Shown piece by piece: positions 18,974 through 27,452 of a stretch of 64,000 bases of DNA. A program made the position numbers and the translations under genes. The notes below the pieces were generated by a model, which was not told the DNA's origin, made no database searches, and saw only the letters and a program-made list of their open reading frames with translations. This DNA comes from a virus. Its lineage: Duplodnaviria > Caudoviricetes. Positions within the stretch are counted from its first letter, which is position 1. Every line of letters begins with the position of its first letter. Location: positions 8,331 through 72,330 of IMG/VR virus record IMGVR_UViG_3300028326_000328; one strand, given 5' to 3'.

Positions 18974-20071
18974 TCAAAGAACCTTGGAATACTGCCCGGA
19001 AACCCAGCCCACCTGCGCGCCGACCACGATGGCATTCCAGCCGTTCGGGGCGGTGGCGATGTACTCGAAGGTCGTTCCCGGAGCGACGGAGGTGACGCGG
19101 GTGTAATTCGCGCCATTGCCTACCCGGACATTGACCTTGCCGCCGTCCGAGACAATGACGATCCGGCGCGCATTCGTTTCCGGCACTGGATCAGGGGTCG
19201 GCTTTTCCGATTCGACCGGCTCGTCCTTCTTTCCTTCGTCATCGTCGGCCACAGCGGCCATCAGGGCGGCGTGGGTTTTGTCACCGTATTTGCCGTCAAC
19301 CTCCAAGCCCTCGCTCGTCTGAAACACCTTGACCGCCGCTTCGGTTTCCTCGCCGTATTCGCCGTCCGCGCCGTGTTTCGGCAGGGCATATCCAAGCTGG
19401 AGAAGAAGCTCCTGCAGCGCCTTGACATCCGCGCCAACCATACCGCGTTTGAGCAGTCGGCTCCCCAGCGTCACCTCCGTGGTGGTGGGCGGAGTAACCT
19501 CCGTGCCGCCTTCATATTTGATAAAGGGCAGCTTGTACCAGTGCGTCCATCCGCGACCCGCGACCTTGGTCTTAATGCAGCCATAGGCGAAGCCCTTCCA
19601 CTCAATGGCGTAGCCGTTGCCGATGTAATAGCCCACATGCCCATCCTTGTGGAGCGCGAGGCCGACGATCTCCAGCAGGGTGCCGATCACACCCCAATCC
19701 ATGCCCTTGGATTTGGCATAGGAAAACATGGAGTTGGCTCCCTTATCGGGGCAACCGTTCGCGCCGGATTTGTTGGTAAAGGTCTTATCGGTACCGACGC
19801 TTTCCAAAACATCGACGCCGCCGCCCGTCCACGCATAGCCCTTCGCGCCGCCGATGCAGTCGGCGCAGACCTTTTTTGCGGCAATGTCCTGCCTGTACCG
19901 GCTGGTGCGAGACGAGCCGTAGTGGGGCGGGTATTGCCCGGCCTTACGGGAACGAAGGCTCTCCGTGCATTTATACACGCAGGTTCCGTACCAATACGGC
20001 TGGCCCAGCATCTTCTCGCAATAGGCGGCAAAGTGCTCGTTGGTGAAGGGGATACTCTTGCGGTTAGACAT
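18974..20071 (-). CDS. Endolysin: NlpC/P60-like catalytic domain, PG_binding_1 and SH3b
   Basis: ADCIG, HKDGHVGYYIG; LKRGMVGADVKALQELL..LGY..DGEYG; VNVRVGNG C-terminus; follows the holin. Confidence 0.85.
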   Translation of the reverse strand: MSNRKSIPFTNEHFAAYCEKMLGQPYWYGTCVYKCTESLRSRKAGQYPPHYGSSRTSRYRQDIAAKKVCADCIGGAKGYAWTGGGVDVLESVGTDKTFTNKSGANGCPDKGANSMFSYAKSKGMDWGVIGTLLEIVGLALHKDGHVGYYIGNGYAIEWKGFAYGCIKTKVAGRGWTHWYKLPFIKYEGGTEVTPPTTTEVTLGSRLLKRGMVGADVKALQELLLQLGYALPKHGADGEYGEETEAAVKVFQTSEGLEVDGKYGDKTHAALMAAVADDDEGKKDEPVESEKPTPDPVPETNARRIVIVSDGGKVNVRVGNGANYTRVTSVAPGTTFEYIATAPNGWNAIVVGAQVGWVSGQYSKVL

Positions 20072-20103
20072 TTTCATTTCCTCCAATCAAATAGGGCGAC
20101 AGC

Positions 20104-20553
20104 TTATTCGCCATCGCCCGCGTCGGTCGTGTCACCCTTATCATCGCGGTTGTGAAGCTGTGCCAGAATGTCCTTGAGCTTATCCGGCACAGGCAATCCG
20201 AGGTGAGCGGCGTTTTCCAGCATGGACACGCCCTCGTTCGAGAGGTAGAAGCAAATCACAGCGGATCGCAACGCGCCACCCGTACCGATGACGTGCATAT
20301 CCACGACATGCCCCACGCCCACCAGTGCAATGATGAGCATCTTGCGGAACAGCCCCTTGAACCCCACCGCACTGGATAACTTCTTATCAACAATGCCGCA
20401 CATCACACCGGTGATGTAGTCGAGCACCATGAACACCAGCAGCGTGATGAGCAGACCGTCCGCACCGCCCAAGAAATACCCGAGCCACCCGCCGATGGCG
20501 GCGAATGCCATCTGCACCTTGGCCCATACCAGATCAATCGAAAAGTCCCTCAT
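20104..20553 (-). CDS. Phage holin (family 4 / toxin secretion-phage lysis type)
   Basis: GGWLGYFLGG, LDYITG, LSSAVGFKG, NEGVSMLEN, LGLPVP. Confidence 0.9.
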   Translation of the reverse strand: MRDFSIDLVWAKVQMAFAAIGGWLGYFLGGADGLLITLLVFMVLDYITGVMCGIVDKKLSSAVGFKGLFRKMLIIALVGVGHVVDMHVIGTGGALRSAVICFYLSNEGVSMLENAAHLGLPVPDKLKDILAQLHNRDDKGDTTDAGDGE

Positions 20554-20579
20554 AAGCCCTCCTGTAAATTTAGATATCG

Positions 20580-20605
20580 AAAAACCACCTTCGCGCGGAA
20601 GGTGG
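20580..20605 (-). terminator. Intrinsic terminator before the holin
   Basis: CCACCTTC-CGCGC-GAAGGTGG-TTTTT on the minus strand. Confidence 0.55.
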
Positions 20606-20621
20606 CTGTTCCCGATAATGG

Positions 20622-21281
20622 TCAGACCTGAATCCAATTGCCGCCTGATCGATACCAGGGGATGCACTGCACCCAAGTGCCACCCAAGCGATACCACACC
20701 GCGCATTCCTTCCAAGTGCCGCCATCCCGATACCAGACCGTGGCATCCAAGTAGGTCACGGTAATGGTGCAGGAGGTCACGCGGGCATAGTTGGTGGAGT
20801 AGCCGCTGCTGGTGGATGTCTCTCCGTTGTACAAAACCAGCGCCGAATTGCCCTCTGCGAGATAAGCCTTCACGAAGGCGAACAGTGCCGCATTCGTGGA
20901 GGCGTTTAGGGTGTGCGTGACGGTATTGCCATAGAAGGTGCCTGTCAACGTACCTAGCGCGACACCGACCTGCGCAGAACCGTTGATCCCCGTTTGCAGC
21001 GTCTGGTAATTTGCGCGGCGAAAGGAAAGCACCTTATTGCTGCCTGATGATCCGGCAGCGGAACAGGTGATCTTGAGCGTGATCTGAGAAATGAGCTTGT
21101 TTTTTAGTGCAGCACCTGCCCCGGTGAACACCATGACGCCGACGCGCGAACCGGACGAGGATGTATTCTGATAAGCGCCTTGGCTTGCACCGTTCGAGGT
21201 ACCGGTGTTCCATGTGCTGCTCCCGTACTGCGCGTAGCCGATGGTCGAGGCGCTTTCAGATGTTGCGGTAAACGTGCCCAA
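20622..21281 (-). CDS. Minor tail / receptor-binding candidate
   Basis: Ser/Thr/Gly-rich beta-type sequence, paralogous to the N-terminus of 21294-23321; C-terminal WxxxxVW repeats. Confidence 0.6.
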   Translation of the reverse strand: MGTFTATSESASTIGYAQYGSSTWNTGTSNGASQGAYQNTSSSGSRVGVMVFTGAGAALKNKLISQITLKITCSAAGSSGSNKVLSFRRANYQTLQTGINGSAQVGVALGTLTGTFYGNTVTHTLNASTNAALFAFVKAYLAEGNSALVLYNGETSTSSGYSTNYARVTSCTITVTYLDATVWYRDGGTWKECAVWYRLGGTWVQCIPWYRSGGNWIQV

Positions 21282-21293
21282 CGGCGCACCTCC

Positions 21294-23321
21294 TCAACCA
21301 ACCGGCACAAGGCATATCTGGCCATCCGTGCCGCTGGAGGGTAACGTCGCCGAATAGAAAATCCCGAGGTTCGTCAGCGCCGCCTTCGCGTTGTTTGCAC
21401 CCGTCCCGCCACTTCCCACAGGGATGGGCGTCGCCATTCCCGAATGGAATAAGCGGAAGGCATAGTACGTTCCATTGACTGCTGTTCGCAAGAGAGCCGC
21501 ATTGTCCATGCTGGCTTCATAGGCCGCCGTTCTGACCTCCAACATCCTGCGATTGTTCCCCGTAGAATCCTCCCACGCTGCGAAGGAGGCTGCCCCTACA
21601 TAGCTGCCCTCAAACACGGTGCGGTTGGTCGTGTTATTGTACGTGGGCATCAAATAGACAGACGGGTACAGATAGCCTTGGATGGACAGGTTGCCGGTCA
21701 TGGTATCTCCGGCCTTCTTCACAGCACCGATGTTGGTGCAGGCCGAGGCGGCATTGTCCGCACCGGTGCCACCCTGCGGAATATCGAGCGGCTGGGCCAG
21801 TACCAACGGCCAGCCAAGCTCCACCGCGCCCGCAGTCTCGGCAACCTTGCCAAAGGCGATGCCTGAGCCGTTGCGGTAGAAATCCATCATGACCTGTTTG
21901 GTGCCGATGCTTACGGACTGCTCCGGATTATGGAAGAAATCCTGTACGCGAACCATCAGGTCGAAGCTCGCCAGCACATCGAAGGTCTGCGGCAGAAGGA
22001 GATTTGTTGAGGCGACTCCATAATTGCTGGGCGTGATCGTAGTGGCCTGAGTCCATGCGCTGGCAGAGGACAGCTTATAGTACACCGTACAGGTCATGGT
22101 GTTTTTCCCGCCAACCGAGGACGCCCCCGCCGTCGCCGAAATGCGCACGCGGTTGCCATCCATTTGTGGAGCCGAACCGGTCGCGTTGCACCGCTCAGCT
22201 TTGAAGAGCGAAATCGTCGGCTGTGCGTAGGCCAACACGGAGATCGTCCGGGTGGTAGTCGCCGTGCGCCCTCGGGAATCTGTCACCGTGATACTCAATG
22301 TGCTGTCCCCGGCAACAGAGAGGACGTTTGTCGTGAAGGAAGAAGCGGTATACGCCGTTCCGTTCAGTGTCGTTCGGTAAGTGGTAATCGTACTGCCCTG
22401 CGCACCGGAAGCGGCAATCGATACTGCCAGCTTACTTTTGTTCTGGACATAAGCTGCAAACTGTGCCGCGATCCCCAAAACCGCCTCCGAGAAGGACACG
22501 CTGGAGATCGTCGGTACTACCGAGGCAGGCACATTCAAGATAATCGAGCAGGTCTTTGTGCCGGTGAGCACACCCGCATAGTAGGTATCGCAGGTGATCG
22601 TGCAAATGCCGGAGGTCGCAGAAGGAATTCGCTGCGCCAAGGTCAGCGGAAGTGCCCATAGCACCGAATCGCCGACGCCGGAGGCAATCTGCCCGGATGT
22701 CCCGCCAAAGGAATAAGAGAGCGTATGCGTGGCGGACGTGCTCAAGCGGTCAGTGTAGATTGTGACGGAAGTGCCCATATCAACGGACGATGCGGATGCG
22801 CGGGGCTGGCTGACACCTTCCTCGTAAGTGACATACAGGGTCGCTGCAGACCACTGGAGGTAGTTGTACGAATACCCCTGCCCGCTGGCGGAGGGCGAGG
22901 GATTGTACAGACAAAACGTGTTGTTGCCCGCTTGCAGGTAGGCCGCGACGTTGTTAAAGAGTGCGCCGGAGAAGTCATATGAAGTGGTGTTTCCATAGAA
23001 GCTGCCTGTGAACGTCCCAAGCGCGTCTCCGTAGTAGCCGCCGCCCGTCACGCCGGATTCGGACGCTGCCTGATACCTGGACTTGCGCAGGTACACGGTC
23101 TTTGTCGTTCCGGCACCAAAACCCGCCTCGGCGGAGGTCACTCGCAGCGTAATGCCGATGATGACCTTGTTCAGCAGGGATAGCCCGCTGAAATGCACGA
23201 TGCCGACGAAATTGTAGTCGTTCGAGTAAAACTCCTGACTGGCGGCGGAGCTTTTGTAGTTGCTGGCCGAGTTGGTTTTCCTCGTCCGCATGGATGCGGT
23301 GAAGCTTACGGTCGTTGCCAT
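21294..23321 (-). CDS. Siphovirus minor tail / baseplate protein (DUF859/Gp37-like)
   Basis: Ig-like TVTDSRGRTAT segment, MDFYRNGSGIAFGKVAE, GGTGA fibre repeats; position after the tail spike. Confidence 0.7.
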   Translation of the reverse strand: MATTVSFTASMRTRKTNSASNYKSSAASQEFYSNDYNFVGIVHFSGLSLLNKVIIGITLRVTSAEAGFGAGTTKTVYLRKSRYQAASESGVTGGGYYGDALGTFTGSFYGNTTSYDFSGALFNNVAAYLQAGNNTFCLYNPSPSASGQGYSYNYLQWSAATLYVTYEEGVSQPRASASSVDMGTSVTIYTDRLSTSATHTLSYSFGGTSGQIASGVGDSVLWALPLTLAQRIPSATSGICTITCDTYYAGVLTGTKTCSIILNVPASVVPTISSVSFSEAVLGIAAQFAAYVQNKSKLAVSIAASGAQGSTITTYRTTLNGTAYTASSFTTNVLSVAGDSTLSITVTDSRGRTATTTRTISVLAYAQPTISLFKAERCNATGSAPQMDGNRVRISATAGASSVGGKNTMTCTVYYKLSSASAWTQATTITPSNYGVASTNLLLPQTFDVLASFDLMVRVQDFFHNPEQSVSIGTKQVMMDFYRNGSGIAFGKVAETAGAVELGWPLVLAQPLDIPQGGTGADNAASACTNIGAVKKAGDTMTGNLSIQGYLYPSVYLMPTYNNTTNRTVFEGSYVGAASFAAWEDSTGNNRRMLEVRTAAYEASMDNAALLRTAVNGTYYAFRLFHSGMATPIPVGSGGTGANNAKAALTNLGIFYSATLPSSGTDGQICLVPVG

Positions 23322-23331
23322 AATGACCTCC

Positions 23332-26300
23332 TTACCCCGTGTAGATCACGGACAGATTTCCGTTGGTTTGCGGCTCATACGCAAATTTGCCGATCTGCAG
23401 GCGGGTAAGAATCTCCGCTTGCGTGACATAGAGCTTGTTATTTGACAGATAGGCGACCTGCGTATTGTTCATATAAAAAGCCACCCGGTCGTTGACAACA
23501 CGGATGGTGATGGGGTTGCCTGACTTCCCGATGATCAAACCGTCATCCCCAAAGGTCATATAGGTTTTGATCAAGTTGATCTGTTCTTCGGTGGCCTCCT
23601 GCCCCTCGGACAGATCTTTCTCAATTTCCTCCACCTTGCTGACCGCCCATGTGAAATTGGATTCGGTTTGTTCAGCCAATGTGGAGACGGTTCCCTGAAG
23701 CTGCCCAAGTGCGTCGGCAGAGGCATAGTCACGCTTGACTTCCTGCCGTATGGCGTCGGCGGTCAGCGTGATCTGTGCCACAGCTTCGCCAACGGCGTCT
23801 ACGGCTTCGTCCTTCGCAGCGGATACCTCGCCCTCCACATACAACCGCAGCGCTTCATTGCCGGAAATGTCCACTGCTTGGAGTTTGGCGATGAAGGCTG
23901 TGTACGCGAATAAGTCGTCCACGTCGAGGTTGGCGGCCTTGATCGCCCGTACCAGCGCCTCGTCGGCAAAGATGCTCTGGACGTTGAGCTCGCGGGCGGT
24001 GATCGTATTTTGCAGGAGCTTGCCGCCCGGCAGGCTTTCGTCGGCCACATCATCGCCCGTGACAGACTTCTTTTCGGTGATGATCGAGCCGTCCTCGGCC
24101 ACAGATACCGCATAAAAGGAACCGTCCGCACCTCGAACGATCAATTCGCCCACGGTCAGGGAAGCCATGTTTGCCTCGGTCACGGCAAGATCGGCGACAT
24201 AGAGCTTGCCGTTGATACCGCGCTCGATGATGGCCGTTCCTGCGGTCATATCCTTGATTCGCGCCCAATCTATGTCGGCGCTTCCGATGCTGGCGTTCAC
24301 CATCTGCGCAATGGCGGTATTCAGCGTCGTAATGCCCGCCCAATCAATCTGTGCTTCATGCAGATGCGCCGTGGTGATCTGCGCCACGGCAATGCGCGCG
24401 ATGGCGGCGTTCAGGTCGCCGATGCTGGCCCAATCGATGTGGGCGTTTTCGATGCTCGCTGCGGTGATCTGTGCCAGCGCAATCTGGGCGATCCGGGTAT
24501 TCAGGCTGATGATGTTCGCCCAATCGATGTTCGCCTGATTGATCGTCGCGGTATTGATCTGCGCCACGGCGATGCTTGCCATCTGTGCTGCCAAACCGCC
24601 GATGTCGGCCCAAGAAATGTTGGCGTTCTCGACGTTGGCAGTGGTAATTTGCGCGGTGGCGATGGTGGCCAGCGCCGCATAGAGCGCATCCGTCGTGACG
24701 CTGCCTGCCGCCAACTCCTGTATCTGAGCGGAAATCGCCGTAATCGCGTCCGCGTTTAAGGAGCCGATGGTCGCTTCCTCGATCTTGGCCCGCGTGATCG
24801 CCGCATCTGCAATGAGCGCGTTGACAATAGCTGCAACCTCGATATGCGCCGTCTGAATGGCCGCCAGCCCGATTTGAAGGCTGCCGACCGCGCCATCCCT
24901 GAGTTGGCCCGCACCCACGGAGTTGATGCCCAGCTTCGCGCCGGAGATCAGGCCATTGGCAAGCTGCCGGGACGAGATCATATTGCCTTCGAGCGTGTCC
25001 GTCACGGTGCCGAGGGTCAGGGCGGTGTACTTGTGGGTCAGGCAATCGTAGGTGTACTGCGTCAGCCGCATGGATACCGCGACGCCAATGCGCCGGGCGA
25101 TGACTCGGACGGCATCACCGAGGAAGATATTCTGGAGCGCCCTATACTGCTGGTATTCCTCGGTTTCAGCGCAGTTGATGAAGTCGACTTTGAGCGTCAC
25201 AGTGGGCAGGTCGCAACCCTTGCCGTATTCGGCCTGCGCTGCTTTGCGCATCTCCGTGTAGCATTGTGTCTTGGTCTTTTTGCTGTCGCCCTTCGTGACC
25301 TCTTTCGCGTCGGACACCGGCAGGTGAATCCATTTCGGGTGAACGTAGCTGCCGATGTGCGCGCTGTCGATGTACAACTCCGGCAGATACAGGACGTTGC
25401 CGTCCACATCTTCACCGGTTGGCATGATCCGGGTGACTACATCGGTCAGGTCTACATCGTAGGAAATGCCGAGCAGGTTTTTCCTTTCCCGAATCTGCAC
25501 ATCCGTATCAGAGCCGATGCGATTGACGAGGAAAGCGTCGAACCAATCCCTCCCCAATTCACCGCCGTACTTTTCAACCACGCCGCCCTCACCCAGCAAG
25601 GCATCCACGGGATTGACGTTCTCGATTTCCACCTCTTCGGCGGTGGAATCGAGGTCGGAGTAGAAGGTGAAATCATGCTCGGTCAGGCATTTTGAGGATA
25701 TGTTTTGAACCACATTCGCCCCGGTCACATTGGCGGCGGGTTTGTAGCTCTTGAGCATGTTATCCATCAAGTCGTAAAACAGATGGCGCGCATAGATGGT
25801 GATCTTCGTGAGCTCCGGCACGGCGCGGTAGATGCGGAACGGTTGGTCACGCAGTTGGCGCGGCTCGACCACGGTCTTGCCTGCGGCAGCGGGCGTCGGT
25901 TCGGTACGCACATAGGTCAGGTACTGTGAGGCCATGTATCCGCGCTTGCCGTCCGGGCAGGACACCTCATACCATGAGGAAGTTGTTTTGTTGAGGACGA
26001 TGACCTCGGTGCCTTTCTTGTACTTGGCGAGAATCTTGTACTTGGTTCCGGTGCCGGAGCGCAGGCGTAGCGGATCGCGGCTGGTGGATATTCGGTAGAT
26101 CATGCCGCCGCCCGTTTGCGGCGCGAGCTTCACCTGCGGTGTCATTGCTGCGGGCACCGGCGCGCGGAGGATGTTGCCCTCGATCAGCCGCCGCCATTTT
26201 CCCTGCGCATCCAGCGGATGCTCAAGCGTCAGTTCCCACTCGCCGTTCAGCGTTTCAGTCACGGTGCAAGATGAAGGGCTGACCGGGCCGAGGCCATTTG

Positions 26301-26376
26301 CCGAGAAATCCTCACAATCGGGTGTGTATACGCAGATCAAGGGCTTCACCTCCTTTTGGGCATAAAAAAGGCCCAT
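23332..26376 (-). CDS. Phage tail spike / endopeptidase (Tal-like) with an inserted SH3b domain
   Basis: ETLNGEWELTLEHP, QPFRIYR, VVTRIMPTG, IFLGDAVRV; C-terminal VAYLSNNKLYVTQAEI. Confidence 0.85.
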   Translation of the reverse strand: MGLFYAQKEVKPLICVYTPDCEDFSANGLGPVSPSSCTVTETLNGEWELTLEHPLDAQGKWRRLIEGNILRAPVPAAMTPQVKLAPQTGGGMIYRISTSRDPLRLRSGTGTKYKILAKYKKGTEVIVLNKTTSSWYEVSCPDGKRGYMASQYLTYVRTEPTPAAAGKTVVEPRQLRDQPFRIYRAVPELTKITIYARHLFYDLMDNMLKSYKPAANVTGANVVQNISSKCLTEHDFTFYSDLDSTAEEVEIENVNPVDALLGEGGVVEKYGGELGRDWFDAFLVNRIGSDTDVQIRERKNLLGISYDVDLTDVVTRIMPTGEDVDGNVLYLPELYIDSAHIGSYVHPKWIHLPVSDAKEVTKGDSKKTKTQCYTEMRKAAQAEYGKGCDLPTVTLKVDFINCAETEEYQQYRALQNIFLGDAVRVIARRIGVAVSMRLTQYTYDCLTHKYTALTLGTVTDTLEGNMISSRQLANGLISGAKLGINSVGAGQLRDGAVGSLQIGLAAIQTAHIEVAAIVNALIADAAITRAKIEEATIGSLNADAITAISAQIQELAAGSVTTDALYAALATIATAQITTANVENANISWADIGGLAAQMASIAVAQINTATINQANIDWANIISLNTRIAQIALAQITAASIENAHIDWASIGDLNAAIARIAVAQITTAHLHEAQIDWAGITTLNTAIAQMVNASIGSADIDWARIKDMTAGTAIIERGINGKLYVADLAVTEANMASLTVGELIVRGADGSFYAVSVAEDGSIITEKKSVTGDDVADESLPGGKLLQNTITARELNVQSIFADEALVRAIKAANLDVDDLFAYTAFIAKLQAVDISGNEALRLYVEGEVSAAKDEAVDAVGEAVAQITLTADAIRQEVKRDYASADALGQLQGTVSTLAEQTESNFTWAVSKVEEIEKDLSEGQEATEEQINLIKTYMTFGDDGLIIGKSGNPITIRVVNDRVAFYMNNTQVAYLSNNKLYVTQAEILTRLQIGKFAYEPQTNGNLSVIYTG

Positions 26377-26388
26377 CGGCGATGGGCA

Positions 26389-27090
26389 TCAGAGCAAGTA
26401 CCTCCAATTTGGCCGCACCTCAACCTTGGTTACGCTGCCGCTCCAACTCACTGCGTTCATGCCCGGCGCGAGCGTTGGAAAATCCCCACTCATGTTGTTG
26501 TTCATAGAGGTGGCACCGTTGTATGCTTCCATGAGAGGCGTGTCCAGCGTGATGCTCCCGGAAACACCATCAAGCTCCACAATGGTCAGCCCTACCATGA
26601 GGGTGATCTCCCCAGAGCCGTACACCGTGATCACCGGCTCGGATGGCACATTGCCCGGATTGGTGATTGTGCCGCCCGAGGTCGTCAGTGTAATGAGCGG
26701 CACAGTGTTTGCATTCCAGAACGGCTTGCAGCGGAAGTTGACCGCGAAAGTGCGGGGTGGGTTTCCACGCAGGATTTTCTCGAAGCTGATCCGGTTGACG
26801 ATCCGGGCATCGTAAAAGCCACCCTGCCGATTGGCGAAGGTGACTTTGCCGCTTCCTTTGAGCCAAGCGCAGAGCATGGGGATTTTGGATGGGTCTGAGA
26901 TGATACATTGCGCTGTGAGCAGCAGATCGTCGTAAATGCATTCGCCCTGCAATGTGGTCAGAGAGCCGCTTCGACTCGGTACATCGGTAAAGGTGACGCG
27001 CTCGGAGGGGATGGTGAAAGGGGGCTGCTCCAGCACACGCACTCCATAGGCCGTGCAGCGCGTCCCATTCCATTCAAACCAATCGTTCAT
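26389..27090 (-). CDS. Distal tail protein (Dit)
   Basis: WFEWNG, VPSRSGSL, FRCKPF, NPGNVPSEPVITVYG, GDFPTLAPG; follows the TMP. Confidence 0.85.
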   Translation of the reverse strand: MNDWFEWNGTRCTAYGVRVLEQPPFTIPSERVTFTDVPSRSGSLTTLQGECIYDDLLLTAQCIISDPSKIPMLCAWLKGSGKVTFANRQGGFYDARIVNRISFEKILRGNPPRTFAVNFRCKPFWNANTVPLITLTTSGGTITNPGNVPSEPVITVYGSGEITLMVGLTIVELDGVSGSITLDTPLMEAYNGATSMNNNMSGDFPTLAPGMNAVSWSGSVTKVEVRPNWRYLL

Positions 27091-27159
27091 GGTTTTGACC
27101 TCCTCGGTGTATAGGAAAAGCGCCATCCTTTCGGACAGCGCCCTGTTCATGATAAATGG

Positions 27160-27386
27160 CTAAATCGCCTTGATCTTGTCGATCCCATGGATCGCCGCCA
27201 GCGTGGAACCGTTGTCCCATTGGATGTGGTGCCCCCGGCATCGTCAACCATCTGGACGGTTCCCATAAGGCCCGGTGGCATCTCGCGGTACGGATCGCAC
27301 ATCTCGATCAGTTCCACGCGGGTGCCCTCCGGGTATTGCTCCCGGAGCCGTTTCAGGACTTCGGGGCGCAGCTGCATCGCAAACAT
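27160..27386 (-). pseudogene. DUF4314 family protein with a 1-nt frameshift at a G5 run (about 27234)
   Basis: YPEGTRVELIEM.DPY...GTVQMVDDAG, then in the shifted frame HIQWDNGSTLAAIHGIDKI. Confidence 0.75.
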
Positions 27387-27416
27387 GGCAAAGCCTCCTT
27401 TCTGTTTCAGGTAGAC

Positions 27417-27452
27417 CATCTATCCCTCCACAGGCCGGAAAAGTCAAGATAA
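27417..27452 (-). promoter_or_regulatory. TTATCTTG-type promoter-like motif for DUF4314
   Basis: TTATC-TTGACT-N13-GAGGGATAGATG. Confidence 0.55.

Noticed and set aside
21040-21070. CUGAUGA match resembling a hammerhead
   Set aside because: It lies within coding sequence on the opposite strand and lacks GAAA, stem III and a UH site.
20622-26376. Diversity-generating retroelement acting on tail genes
   Set aside because: No reverse transcriptase in the window, and I saw no TR/VR pair differing at adenines.
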